Below, in pieces: positions 39,872 to 52,208 of a stretch of DNA of 64,000 nucleotides. The notes under the pieces are model-generated. The model was not told where the DNA came from, searched no databases, and was given only the letters and a program-made list of their open reading frames with translations. The stretch is from Pristiophorus japonicus. Lineage: Eukaryota. Made by a program: the position numbers and the translations under genes. The stretch is taken from assembly GCF_044704955.1 (NCBI RefSeq), contig NC_091985.1:202368001-202432000 (forward strand), in the 5' to 3' direction. How positions within the stretch are numbered: the stretch's first letter is position 1; the number at the start of each line of letters is the position of its first letter.

Positions 39872-40522
39872 TTACTTTTTGTGTGCTGCTTTCTTGGGTT
39901 TTGCTGATTTGGCCTTGGCCCTCGGTTTTCCCACCTTTTTGGCCGCCTTCACCTTTGCGCCCGAGGCCTTCTTGGGGCTCTTGGGCTTCGCCGCTGCCGC
40001 CTTCTTCCCAGCCGCCGCTTTCGCTGTCTTTTTTACTGTTAGCGCCTTCTTGGTGCTCGTTTTCTTGGCTGGAGATTTCTTGGTTGCTGGTTTCTTGGCC
40101 GGAGATTTCTTGGTTGCTAGTTTCTTGGCCGGAGATTTCTTGGCTGGAGATTTCTTGGCTGCTGGTTTCTTCACCTTCCTTCCCACTTTCCCCTGGTTTT
40201 CCTTCTTCGCGACTTTGAAGGAGCCCGAGGCGCCCGTGCCCTTGGTCTGCACCAGGAAGCCATTTGTCACATTCCTCTTGATACTGAACCTGATCTGGGA
40301 CCCGCGCTTCTCCACATCCACGCCTTTGGCCGCCAGAGCCTTCTTTATCGCGGCCAGGGACATCCCCTTGCGATCGCTGCCATCGGCCACAGCCTTTAGG
40401 ATCTGTTCGCCCAACGTGGGACCGGCTGGCTTGGAGCGGGGAGCCGCCTTCTTCTTGCTGGGAGCCTTGGGTTGTGTGGCGGCGGCAGGAGGGGCCGTTT
40501 CGGCGGCTGCAGTGTCAGTCAT
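39872..40522 (-). CDS. H1: Linker histone H1 (216 aa)
   Basis: Globular domain RKGMSLAAIKKALAA...LVQTKGTGASGSFK; K/A/P-rich tail with SPAK repeats; stem-loop. Confidence 0.93.
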   Translation of the reverse strand: MTDTAAAETAPPAAATQPKAPSKKKAAPRSKPAGPTLGEQILKAVADGSDRKGMSLAAIKKALAAKGVDVEKRGSQIRFSIKRNVTNGFLVQTKGTGASGSFKVAKKENQGKVGRKVKKPAAKKSPAKKSPAKKLATKKSPAKKPATKKSPAKKTSTKKALTVKKTAKAAAGKKAAAAKPKSPKKASGAKVKAAKKVGKPRAKAKSAKPKKAAHKK

Positions 40523-41468
40523 GTCGGCGACTCTGTGGAAAATCTCTCTGACAGTCAGAGCTCGGTCAGGAATGAAACGGGAGGCGGCGGCACAGAGCAA
40601 CTTAAAGGCAGCGAGCGGACGGGGCGGAGACATCCTGCTGTCAGCTCCCCGCCCCTCCAGCCTCTCTGTATTTCTCTCTTCTCATTAACTGTCCGATTCC
40701 AATTCAACCCGGGCCCTCCAGATTCCCAGACTGGCCTCTTTCTGTCCCGAAGACCGGGATGTTTGCTGTCGAGAAAGTTTCATCCGAATTGAAGGCAGCA
40801 ATTTGGATTTAAACCCGTTTCATTGCTGCACTGATCGCGCTCTCTCACCCGATCGCGGACATTTTCTCTGTTTTTTGATTGAAATTTGAAATCACATCAA
40901 ACTTGACGTTTAATTCCCACTTTAGACCTGAGCAGGGCAGCAGGGCGATCCTGTGACAGGGAAATATTTGAATTTTACACAAGAGGGACTCTGGAATCCG
41001 GCGATGAGACGGACACACAAACACAGTGACATTAGTCTCACCCGACCGCCCCTTTAACACACTCTCGCTCACACAATGTTCACATCTGCACATTCACAGC
41101 ACAAACTATCCCAGATTTACAGCTCCCAGCACAGGGTTTCCTCTCCGCTCGGCCTGTGCTGCCGATTCTCGGGGTTAGTTGTAGTTTCCCAGCTCACTAA
41201 GTGTTAAACACTCCGAGGCCGGCGCTCCTCACAATGTCTGTTCCCCAGATTCAGGGGCAGGAGCCAATCACAGCAGTGGCTGGCTTAACCCATATCTGCT
41301 GTTAAGTTGTTATATTGTTCGAATGCAGAAACATGTTTGATTAACATGAAAATATAAATTATATGTTCACCGTCCCTCCAGCATTTCTTTGTCTCTCTCA
41401 CCTCCTAAGCTGAGGGACATTTAACAGTAACTCGTGTCCTATCCATCCCATGCTCATCACCCAGAGAC

Positions 41469-41700
41469 GTGTCTCCATATTACGCTCAATACTAGTGTCA
41501 GACATTCATGTACCGCACTACGAAAGATAGAGAGAGACACACACACTTTATCAGTCTTACACTTCGTATAAGTGTCTCCATATTACGCTCAGACACAGTG
41601 CCACACCATCATGTACATACAGCACTAGAGAGAGAAACAGAAACAGTATCAGGATTGTACTTCCAATAGTGTTTCCACATCATGCTCAATAGCGTTATCC
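41469..41700. repeat. Degenerate ~100-bp tandem repeat (about 2.3 copies)
   Basis: GTGTCTCCATATTACGCTCA at 41469 and 41572, variant at 41669. Confidence 0.65.
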
Positions 41701-42199
41701 CGCCTTCACAGACAGTACAAGAGAAAGAGGATTGTAACAGAGTCAGAGATGGGGGGAGAGTGCTGAGCGAGAGACAGCAAAGATCGAGGTCAGGCAGTGA
41801 GACACAGAAACATGCACAGTATCAGTTCCAGACTGACCTGTGAGGTCCGGTTTTATCCTGAAAGTCCCCATTGGAGAGACAGAGATGCAGTCCCCTCTCT
41901 CACTGATATTGTACCACAGAGGGAGACATTATTAATTCCACACTGTGGGACAGTGTCAGAGAGTGAGAGAAACAATGCCCCGCATTTAACCCTCGCTTCC
42001 CTGTTGTAGTCTCTGTAACTTTGAAGCTCAGGGCTTTTCGATATTATTCTCAGTGACCGAGTGTTTCACTCCAATTAAATTAACCTGGGACTTTTACTGT
42101 CAGATATTAACTCCTGCACAGTCCCAGCAAACACTCCTGCTCCCTCGTCCCTCCGATGTTTCTGCAGGATTGCTTTGTGAAGACGGGCTCACGAAGAGA

Positions 42200-43119
42200 A
42201 AAACACCCTGCATGGCATGATCCAAAATTGAGCATCTCAAAGGGACAAGGTCCCCAGCTTTAAACATTCTCTGTCCTCCAGGCCTCCATAACCAGTGCCT
42301 GCCAAGAGATACTTGGTCACTCAACCAGAAAACACCAGGACTGGTTTGATGAGAATGATCAGGAGATCCAAGAACTAATAGATCGCAAGCACAGAGCATG
42401 TCTGAGCCTCAAGCAAAAACACAACTCGGGAGCAGCAAAGCAACATTACAGGCGGCTCAAGGCTGAGGTCCAACAAAAAACCTGGGACCTAACAAACAGC
42501 TGGTGGATGGAGAAAGCACAGGAGATACAACAACTGGCCAACAGCCATGATGTGTGAGGATTCTTCATCGCAGTCAAGGCCACCTATGATCCAAACTCTC
42601 AAGGCCCCACCCCACTGCTGGCCAAGAACGGGGAAACCGTCAAGGACACCGAGGCTGTCAGGGTCCGCTGGAAGGAGGACTTCGAAGATCTCCTCAATCG
42701 AGACTCTGCCTTTGAGTCCAGTGTTCTCAATTCCATCCCGCAGCATCTGACCCGCCACCACCTCAGTGAAACCCCAACGGTGCATGAGGTAGGAAAAGCC
42801 ATAAGACAGCTCAAGAACAACAAGGCTAAGGGAGCGGATGGTAGCTCTGCTGAGGCACTAAAGTATGGCGGAGAGGCGCTGTTGATGCAGATACATGACC
42901 TCATCTGGAGGGAGGAGAGTATGCCGGGAGATCTCAGAGATGCAGTGATCGTAACCATCTTTAAAAAAGGGGACAAGTCCAACTGCGGCAATTACTTGGA
43001 AATCTCCCTGCTATCAACCACTGGGAAGGTTGTCGCTAGAGTCCTCCTCAACCACCTTCACCCTGTGGCTGAGGAGAACCTCCCAGAATCACAGTGCGGA
43101 TTTCGTCCCCTACGGTGCA
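42200..43119 (+). mobile_element. RTE-clade LINE, 5' part (split by CR1)
   Basis: DWFDEND, KAIRQLKNNKA.GADG, IFKKGDKSNCGNY, PESQCGFRPLR. Confidence 0.9.
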
Positions 43120-46100
43120 TAGAAACATAGGAACATAGAAAATAGGTGCAGGAGTAGGCCATTCGGCTCCTCGAGCCTGCACCACCATTCAATAAGATCA
43201 TGGCTGATCATTCAATTCAGTATCCCTTTCCTGCTTTCTCTCCATACCCCTTGATCCCTTTAGCCGTAAGGGCCATATCTAACTCCCTCTTGAATATATC
43301 CAATCAACTGGCATCAACAACTCTCTGCGGTGGGGAATTCCACAGGTTAACAACTCTCTGAGTGAAGAAGTTTCTTCTCAACTCAGTCCTAAATGGCTTA
43401 TTCCTTATCATTAGACTGTGACCCCTGGTTCTAGACTTCCCCAACATCGGGAACATTCTTCCTACATCTAACCTGTCCAGTCCCGTCAGAATTTTATATG
43501 TTTCTGTGAGATCCCCTCTCATCCTTCTAAACTCCAGTGAATACAGGCCCAGTCAATCTAGTCTCTCCTCCTATGTCAGTCCAGCCAACCCGGGAATCAG
43601 TCTGGTGAACCTTCGCTGCACTCCCTTAATAGCAAGAACGTCCTTCCTCAGATTAGGAGACCCAAACTGAGCACAATATTCAAGGTGAGGCCTCACCAAG
43701 GCCCTGTACAACTGCAGTAAGACTTCCCTGCTCCTGTACTCAAATCCCCTAGCTATGAAGGCCAACATACCATTTGCCTTCTTCACCACCTGCTGTACCT
43801 GAATGCCAACTTTCAATGACTGATGTACCATGACACCCAGGTCTCGTTGCACCTCCCCTTTTCCTAATCTGCCGCCATTCAGGTAATATTCTGCCTTCGT
43901 GTTTTTGCCCCCAAAGTGGATAACCTCACATTTATCCACATTATACTGCATCTGCCATGCATTTGTCCACTCACCTAACCTGTCCAGGTCACCCTGCAGC
44001 CTCTTAGCGTTCTCCTCACAGCTCACTTCATCACCCAGTTTAGTGTCATCTGCAAACTTGGAGATATTACACTCAATTTCTTCATCCAAATCATTGATGT
44101 ATATTGTAAATAGCTGGGGTCCCAGCACTGAGCCCTGCGGCACCCCAGTAGTCACTGCCTGCCATTCTGAAAAGGACCCGTTAATCCCGACTCCCTGCTT
44201 CCTGTCTGGCAACCAGTTCTCTATCCACGTCAGTACATTACCCCCAATAACATGTGCTTTAATTTTGCACACCAATCTCTTGTGTGGGACCTTGTCAAAA
44301 GGGCAAATACATCAGCTCCACTGGTTCTCCCCTGTCCACTCTACTAATTACATCCTCAAAAAATTCCAGAACATTTGTCAAGCATGATTTCCCTTTCATG
44401 ATTTCCCATGTTGACTTGTCACTGTCACTGCTTTCCAAATGCGCTGTTATTTCATCTTTAATAATTGATTCCAACTTTTTCCCCACTACTGATGTCAGGC
44501 TAACCTGTCTATAATTACCCATTTTCTCTCTCCCTCCTTTTTTAAAAAGTGGTGTTACGTTAGCTATCCTCCATTTCATAGGAATTGATCCAGAGTCGAT
44601 AGACTGTTGGAAAATGATCACAAATGCATCCACTATTTCTAGGGCCACTTCCTTAAGTATTCTGGGATGCAGACTATCAGGCCCCGGGGAATTATCGGCC
44701 TTTAATCCGATCAATTTCCCGAACACAATTTCCTGCCTAATAAGGATATCCTTCAGTTCCTCCTTCTCACAAGACCCTCGGTCCCCTAGTACTTCCAGAA
44801 GGTTATTTGTGTCTTCCTTTATGAAGATAGAACCAAAGTATTTGTTCAATTGGTCTGCCATTTCTTTGTTCCCCATTATAAATTCACCTGAATCTGATTG
44901 CAAGGGACCTACGTTTGTCTTCACTAATCTTTTTCTCTTCACATATCTATCAAAGCTTTTGCAGTCAGTTTTTATGTTCCTGGCAAGCTTCCTTCACACT
45001 CTATTTTCCCCCTCCAAATTAAACCCTTTTTCCTCCTCTGCTGAATTCTAAATTTCTCCCAGTCCTCTGGTTTGCTGCTTTTTCTGGCCAATTTATATGC
45101 CTCTTCCTTGGATTTAACACTATCCTTAATTTCCCTTGTTAGCCACGGTTGAACCACCTTCCCCGTTTTATTTTTACTCCAAACAGGGATGCACAATTGT
45201 TGAAGTTCATCCATGTGATCTTTAAATGCTTGCTATTGTCTATCTACCATCAACCCTTTAAGGATCATTTGCCAGTCTATTCTAACCAATTTTACATATC
45301 ATACCATCGAAGTTACATTTCCTCAAGTTCAGGACCCTAGTCTCTGAAGGAACTGTGGCACTATCCATCTTAATAAAGAATTTTACCATATTATGATCAC
45401 TCTTCTCCAAGGGGCCTCGCACAACAAAATTGCTAATTAGTCCTTTCTCATTACACATCACCCAGTCTAGGATGGCCCGCCCTCTAATTGGTTCCTCGAC
45501 ATATTGGTCCAGAAAACCATCCTTAACACTTTCCAGGAAATCCTCCTCCACCATATTGCTACCAGTTTGGTTATCACAATCTATATGTAGATTAAAGTCG
45601 CCCATGATAACTGCTGTACCTTCATTGCATGCATCCCTAATTTCTTGTTTGATGCTGTCCCCAATCTCACTACTAGTGTTTGGTGGTCTGTACAGAACTC
45701 CCACTAGCGTTTTCTGCCCTTTGGTATTCCGCAGCTCCACCCATACAGATTCCACATCATGCAAACTAATGTCCTTCCTTACTATTGCGTTAATTTCCTC
45801 GTTAACCAGCAACACTACCCCACATCCTTTTCCTTTCTGTCTATCCTTCCTGAATGATGAATACCCCTGGATGTTGAGTTCCCAGTCTTGGTCACCCTGG
45901 AGCCATGTCTCCGTGATGCCAATTATATCATATTCATTCATTGCTGCCTGTGCAATTAATTCTTCCACCATGTTATGAATACTCTTTGCATTGAGGCAGA
46001 GAGCCTTCAGACTTGTCTTTTTAACACACTTTGCCCTTTTAGAATTTTGCTGCAATGTGGCCCTTTTGGATTTTTGCCTTGGGTTTCTCTGCCCTCCACT

Positions 46101-47561
46101 TTTACTTTTCTTCTTTCAATCGTTTGCTTCTGTCCCCATTCTACTTCCCTCTGTCTCCCTGCATAGGTTCCCATCCCCTTGCCATATTAGTTTAACCCCT
46201 CCCCAACAGCACTAGCAAACACTCCCCCTAGGACATTGGTTCCGTTCCTGCCCAGGTGCAGACCGTCCGGTTTGTACTGGTCCCACCTCCCCCAGAACCG
46301 GTTCCAATGTCCCAGGAATTTGAATCCCTCCCTTCTACACCACTCCTCAAGCCACGTATTCACCTGAGCTATCCTGCAATTCCTACTCTGACTAGCACGT
46401 GACACTGGTAGCAATCCTGAGATTACTACCTTTGAGATCCTACTTTTTAATTTAGCTCCTAGCTCCCTAAATTCAGCTTGTAGGACCTCATCCCATTTCT
46501 TTACCTATATCTTTGGTACCTATATGCAGCACAACAACTGGCTGTTCACCCTCCCCCTTCAAAATGTCCTGCAACCGCTCAGTGACATCCTTGAACCTTG
46601 ACCTGGAAAGCAACATACCATCCCGGAGTCTCGATTGCGGCCACAGAAACGTCTATCTATTCCGATTACAATAGAATCCCCTACCACTATTGCTCTCCCA
46701 CTCTTTTTCCTTCCCTCCTGTGCAGCAGAGCCACCCACAATGCCATGAACTTGGCTGCTGCTGCCCTGCCCTATGAGTCATCCCCCCGAACAATACCCAA
46801 AGCGGTGTATCTCTTTTGGAGAGGGATGACCGCAGGAGACCTCTGCACTGCTCTTCCTGTTGGCCATCCATTCCCCATCTGTCTGTGTAACCCTTACCTG
46901 CGGTAAGACCAATTCACTAAACGTGCTATTCATGGCATCCTCAGCATCATGCATGCTCCAGAGTGAATCCACCCACAGCTCCAGTACCGCAATGCGGTCT
47001 GTCAGAAGCTGCAGCAGAGTACACTTCCTGCATATGTAGTCGTCAGGGACACTGGAAATGTCCCTGAGTTCCCACATAATACAGGAGGAGCATGACACCT
47101 GTCTGAGCTCTCCTACCATGAGTTAACCCTTAGATCTACTTAATTTGGCAACAACAATGATAAAGGTTACCTACTGATAGGGAAAAGAAAAAGAAAAACT
47201 ACTCACCAATCACTAGCCAATCACTTACCCCCTTGGCTGTGACATCACCTTGTGATTTCTTTTTACTTCTTTGTTTACCTTCTGCCCCTGCACCTGCACC
47301 AGCTGGCCTCTCCGACTGTTGGGCCTTTTATAGGCCTCTCCAATTATGCCCCAGACTCCCGCTGCTCGAACTCCCGCCTCTCCGACTGTTGGGCCTTTTA
47401 TAGGCCTCTCCAATTATGCCCCAGACTCCCGCTGCTCGAACTCCCACCTCTCCGACTGTTGGGCCTTTTATAGGCCTCTCCGATGCTGCCCCAGACTCCC
47501 ACTGCTCGAATTCCCACCTCTCCGACTGTTGGGCCTTTTATAGGCCTCTCTGACGCTGCCC
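43120..47561 (-). mobile_element. Full-length (decayed) CR1 family A: 5' tandem repeats, ORF1, ORF2 (APE+RT), 3' tail
   Basis: ORF1 remnant 47119-46187 (CxxC..CxxC, DGLHL esterase motif); ORF2 remnant about 46055-43240; flanks CGGTGCA / CGGGGCA; host RTE frame GFRPLR|GTMDMIF rejoins across it. Confidence 0.93.
47307..47561 (-). repeat. 70-bp tandem monomers (about 3.6 copies) at the CR1 5' end, each with a TATA box
   Basis: TCCGACTGTT at 47311, 47381, 47451, 47521; minus strand GGCCTATAAAAGGCC in every unit. Confidence 0.92.
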
Positions 47562-48985
47562 CGGGGCACAATGGACATGATATTTGCAGCGCGACAGCTG
47601 CAGGAAAAATGCAGGGAGCAGCACCAGCCCTTATACATGGCCTTTTTCGACCTTACAAAGGCCTTTGACAATGTCAACCACGAGGGTCTATGGAACTTCC
47701 TCCTCCATTTCAGATGCTCCCAAAAGTTTGTCAACATCTTTCGCCTGCTCCACGACGACATGCAGGCCATGATCCTTACCAATAGATCCATTACAGACCC
47801 AATCCACGTCCGGACCGGGGTCACACAGGGCTGTGTCATTGCTCCAACCCTCTTCTCAATCGTCCTTGCTGCCATGCTCCACCTCACAGTCAACAAGCTC
47901 CCCGCTGCAGTGGAACTAAATTACAGAACCAGTGGGAAGTTGTTTAACCTTCGCTGCCTCTAGGCCAGGTCCACGATCACCCCAACCTCTGTTGTTGAGC
48001 TACAGCACGCGGATGACACCTGCGTCTGCACACATTCTGAGGCTGGACTCCAGGATATAGTCGATGTATTTACTGAGGCATACGAAAGTATGGGCCTGAG
48101 GCTAAACATCTGAAAGACAAAGGTCCTCCACCAGCCTGTCCTCGATCCATGGTGCAGCCCTCGACAATGTGGACCATTTCCCATACCTCGGGAGCCTTGT
48201 ATCAACAAAAGCAGACATTGATGAGGAGATTCAACACCATCTGCAGTGTGTCAGTGCAGCCTTCGGCCACCTGAGGAAAAGAGTGTTCGAAGACCAGGCC
48301 CTCAGGTCTACCACCAAGCTCGTGGTCTACAGGACCGTTGTAATACCTGCCCTCCTGTATGGCTCAGAGACATGGACCATGTACAGCAGACACCTCAAGT
48401 TGCTTGAGAAATATCACCAACGATATCTCCGCAAGATCGTACAAATCCCCTGGGAGGACAGGTGTACCAATATCAGCGTCCTCATACAGGCTAATATCCC
48501 TAGCATTGAAGCACTGACTACACTCGATCAGCACCGCTGGGCAGGCCACATAGTTCACATGCCAGACACGAGACTCCCAAAGCAAGTGCTCTATGCGGAG
48601 CTCCTTCATGGCAAATGAGCCAAAGGTGGGCAATGGAAACATTACAAGGACACCCTCAAAGCCTCCCTGATAAAGTGCGACATCCCCACTGACACCTGGG
48701 AGTCCCTGGCCAAAGACGGCCCTAAGTAGAGGAAGTGCATCCGAGAGGGCGCTGAGCACTTCAAGTCTCATCGCTCAGAGCATGCAGAAATCAAGCGCAG
48801 GCAGCAGAAAGAGCGTGCGGCAAACCAGTCCCACGCACCCCTTCCCTCAACGACTGTCTGTCCCACCTGCGACACAGTCTGTGGCTCTCGTATTGGACTG
48901 TTCAGCCACCAAAGAACTCACTTCAGGAGTGGAAGCAAGTCTTCCTCGATTCCGAGGGACTGCCTATGATGATGATAATGATAAA
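47562..48985 (+). mobile_element. RTE-clade LINE, 3' part with (ATG)n-like tail
   Basis: MDMIFAARQLQEKCREQ, FFDLTKAFD, HADD, FPYLGS, C-terminal CPTC...H..TH; ends GAGGGACTGCCTATGATGATGA. Confidence 0.93.
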
Positions 48986-49089
48986 CGTTCTCTGTCCTTG
49001 CCCCCCAGGCCCAGTTCCTTTGCTCAGATTCTGCTAAAAGTAAATTGGGAAAAGTTCACTTTGATTTTTAAAGGCTGAATTATTGCAGA

Positions 49090-49690
49090 GAGCTGCGCAT
49101 GCGGGGATAAGCTCCGCCCCCTGTGTCGATTTTCAGTGAGCAGAAGAGCGCATGCGCCCTCCCCTCCCCCAGCCTGTGAGCGCCATTCAGTCAGTGAGCG
49201 GAAGAAGATGGTTTAAACAGCCGGGAATGGAGACACTGCGGCCCCGGGGTAAGGCAGCGAGCAGCAGCCTCCTTACAGCAGCACATCGCTTTGGGAGCGT
49301 GTCCGCAGATGGGCTCAGAGATCGGCACTGAGTCCGGGGGAAGTTCAGGGGGAATCGGGGTCTGTGTGTAACAGGCGGAGTGGAGCAAGAACTGGTCTCA
49401 GTGCGTGGAGTGAGTGGGGGAAGGGAGAGGCCATTCTCGGGCTGTGTGTGGACAGCGTGTGTCCCGGGTAAGGGAGACAGAATGGGAAGGATCTGCTGTT
49501 TACAATCATTGCTGCTTTCTTCCTGCAAACCAGTAGTGAACGTTCCTGCTTTAGTTCCAGACTCACCGTGTTTGTTGTCATTGGACAGCGAGCAGTGGAA
49601 GCAGAGCCGGACACTGAGGATTTATACAAGGAGTATCTATTGCAGGCACCGGGTGAGAAATGTGAAGGACACATTTTTAAACAGCGACTC
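49090..49690 (+). promoter_or_regulatory. CpG-containing promoter/first-exon-like module, copy 2 (best-preserved motifs)
   Basis: GCGCATGCG motifs at 49094 and 49148 (NRF1-type), GC box at 49112, CGGAAG (ETS) at 49198, GTAAGG donors at 49249 and 49468, acceptor-like TTGGACAG at 49581. Confidence 0.6.
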
Positions 49691-50137
49691 TTTGTTTTTG
49701 GTTGAACGGTTAGTGCCCTGGGAGAGGTGAGCAGCAATCTGAGCTGTGTAAAAGTCCGTGCTCCATCGGGTAGTCCCATTCCTGAAGCAGGGCAGGGGTT
49801 GGGTTGTGTCTGGATGTCAGTAAATTGCTGTAAATCTGCCCAACACACTTGGTGTGCAGAAACTGAGTGCTGCAGTACTGCAGTGGAGTCAGACACTGAC
49901 ACTGTTTGTATCGCTGGCTTCCCTTTGTGAATGTTCATAATGAATATTAAGTGAACGATTACATTCATCACTTTAGTCTTTTCTACCTCTCCTGCTCTTG
50001 AATGATCAGAGATACATTTTCTTCCTACAGGCAAGGAATTGAAGGAACCGGAAATGTGAAGTTTCTTCCACCTGAGACATTTGGAACAGTGTAACCAGCT
50101 GCTTGTAAACACAGTAGGTACGGTACCTATCACAGTG

Positions 50138-50436
50138 TCATCATCACAGCAGTCCCTTGAACGAGGGTAACTTGCTTCCACATGAGTTCACAGATGTTTA
50201 AATGAAGGACCCGATATTCCAGTCCTGAACTCCAATTGAAGGGTGGAAGATGCCTGTGCCTGGTTTGTTTTAACGTGTGGTGACCGTTGCACATCAGCCA
50301 CCACACGGGCTTGACCGAGCTCGGCCTTTATCCAGTGGCAAGGGTTAACCAAGATGACTGGAGACCTGCTCTGCTGCACGGATCTAATGCGCACACATAT
50401 CACAGTGTGGGCTGGCCCATTCTGCCCTGGGCCTCT
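50138..50436 (-). mobile_element. Short non-autonomous element with RTE 3' tail
   Basis: Ends GTGGAAGCAAG..CCTCG..AGGGACTGC.(T/G)TGATGATGA like the RTE tails at 48930-48980 and 26030-26075; upstream sequence does not match the RTE 3' region. Confidence 0.7.
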
Positions 50437-50479
50437 AGTGTGCAGGTACACAGACAGGTTATCCAAATTAAACATGTTT

Positions 50480-52208
50480 GTGGTGCTGAATGGCCTCCTC
50501 CTATTCCTGTGTAATTGGCCTGAGGGGGTTAATAACCACCTCCTGTTCCTAATTTAACAGACTGGAGATACTGAGTGGTCTTCTCATGTTCCTAATGTAA
50601 TAAACACGAGGGTTATAATGGCTTCCTCCTGTTCATAGGTAACAAGGTCTAGGGGCAGAATGACCTCCCCCTGTACCTATGTATCAGGCTAGAATGGGAT
50701 GAATGGCCTCCTTTAGTTCTTATGTAACAGATTCCAGGGGCTGAATAGCCACTTCTATTCCTGTGTAACAGACTCCAGGGGCTAAATAGTCTCCTCCAGT
50801 TCCTATGTAACAAGCTCGAGGGGCTGAATGCCCTCCTCCTGTTCCCCTGAAACAGTCCCGCAGGGATGAATGCCCTTGTCCTATTCCTAATGTAACAGAC
50901 CCGAGGGGCAGAATTGCTTCCTCCTACTGCTTTCTAACTCCAATTGCTGAATGGCCCTCTCCAGTTCCTAATGTAATCGGCTCGAGTTGCTGTATGGCCT
51001 CCTCCAGTCCCTATATGACATCCTCGAAGGGTTGAACGGCCTTCTCCTGTTCCCATGTCACAGGGTCAAAGGGCTGAATGGCCTGCTTGTGATCTTAATT
51101 TAACATGCTTGAGGGGATGAATATCCTCCCCCAGTTCCTATATAACATGTGCGAGGGGCTGAAAGACCTCCTCCAATTCCTCTAACAGGCTGGAGGTGCT
51201 GAATGGGCACCTCCTGTTCCTGGTTAACAATTCCGAGGGGTGGAATTGGCCTACTCCTGTTCCTATGTAACAGACCCAAGGGACTGAGGGTCTTCTCCTG
51301 TTCCTAATGTAAGAAGCACGAGGGGATGAAAAACTTCCTGCTGTTCCCATGTCACAGAATCAAAGGCTGCGTTGTCTGCTTGTGTTTCTAATGTTAGAGA
51401 GGCTGAATTTCCTCTTCCCATATAACAGAATGGAAGGGCTGAATGGCATCCTCCTGATCCAATGTAACAGGCTCGAGGGGAAGAATAGCCTCATCCTGTT
51501 CCTGTCTAACAACATTCAGTGCTGAACAGCCACCTCCTGTTCCTGTGTAATAAGTTAAATGGGATGAGTGGCCTCTTCCAGTTCCTATAACATTCTCAGG
51601 GGCTGAATGGCCTCCTCCAGTTCCTACACAACATGCTTGAGAGTCTGAATGGCCTCCTCCTGTTCAGATGTGAAAGGCTCCAGAGGATGGATGGCCTCCT
51701 CTATTCCTGTGTAACGGTATCCAGTCGATGCATCGCCTCCACCAATTCCTTTATAGCAAGGCTGTGGTTCTGAATGCCCACCTCCTGTTTCTATGCAACA
51801 AACTTGAGGGTCTGAATGGCCTCCTATTATTCATTTGTAACAGGTTTGAGGGGCTGAATGGTGTCCATCTATTCCTGTAAAGCAAACTCCAGGGCTAAAA
51901 GGCCCACTCCAGTTCCTAATGTAACAGAGTCGAAGGGCAGAATGGCTTACTGTTCCTGTGTAACAGGATCCAAGGACTGAATGGGCCTCCTCCACTTCTA
52001 ATGAATGGCCTCCCCCTGTTCCAAATGTAACAGACTCGAGGAATTGAATGGGCCTCCTCCAGTTCCAATGTAACAGGCTCGAGGGACTGAATGGTCTCCT
52101 CCTGTTCCTTGTGTAACAGACTCGAGGGACTGAATGGCCTCCTCCTGTTCCAATGTAACAGACTCGAGGGACTGAATGGTCTCCCCCTGTTCCTTATATA
52201 ACAGGCTC
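50480..52208 (+). repeat. 42-43 bp minisatellite resembling the CR1 3'-terminal sequence, left block
   Basis: Consensus TAACAGGCTCGAGGG(A/G)CTGAATGGCCTCCTCCTGTTCC(T)(T/A)ATG; degenerate at left, homogeneous at right. Confidence 0.92.

Noticed and set aside
49345-50181. 278-aa minus-strand ORF
   Set aside because: Spans an RTE-derived tail and the repeated module; no recognisable domain and not preserved in the other module copies
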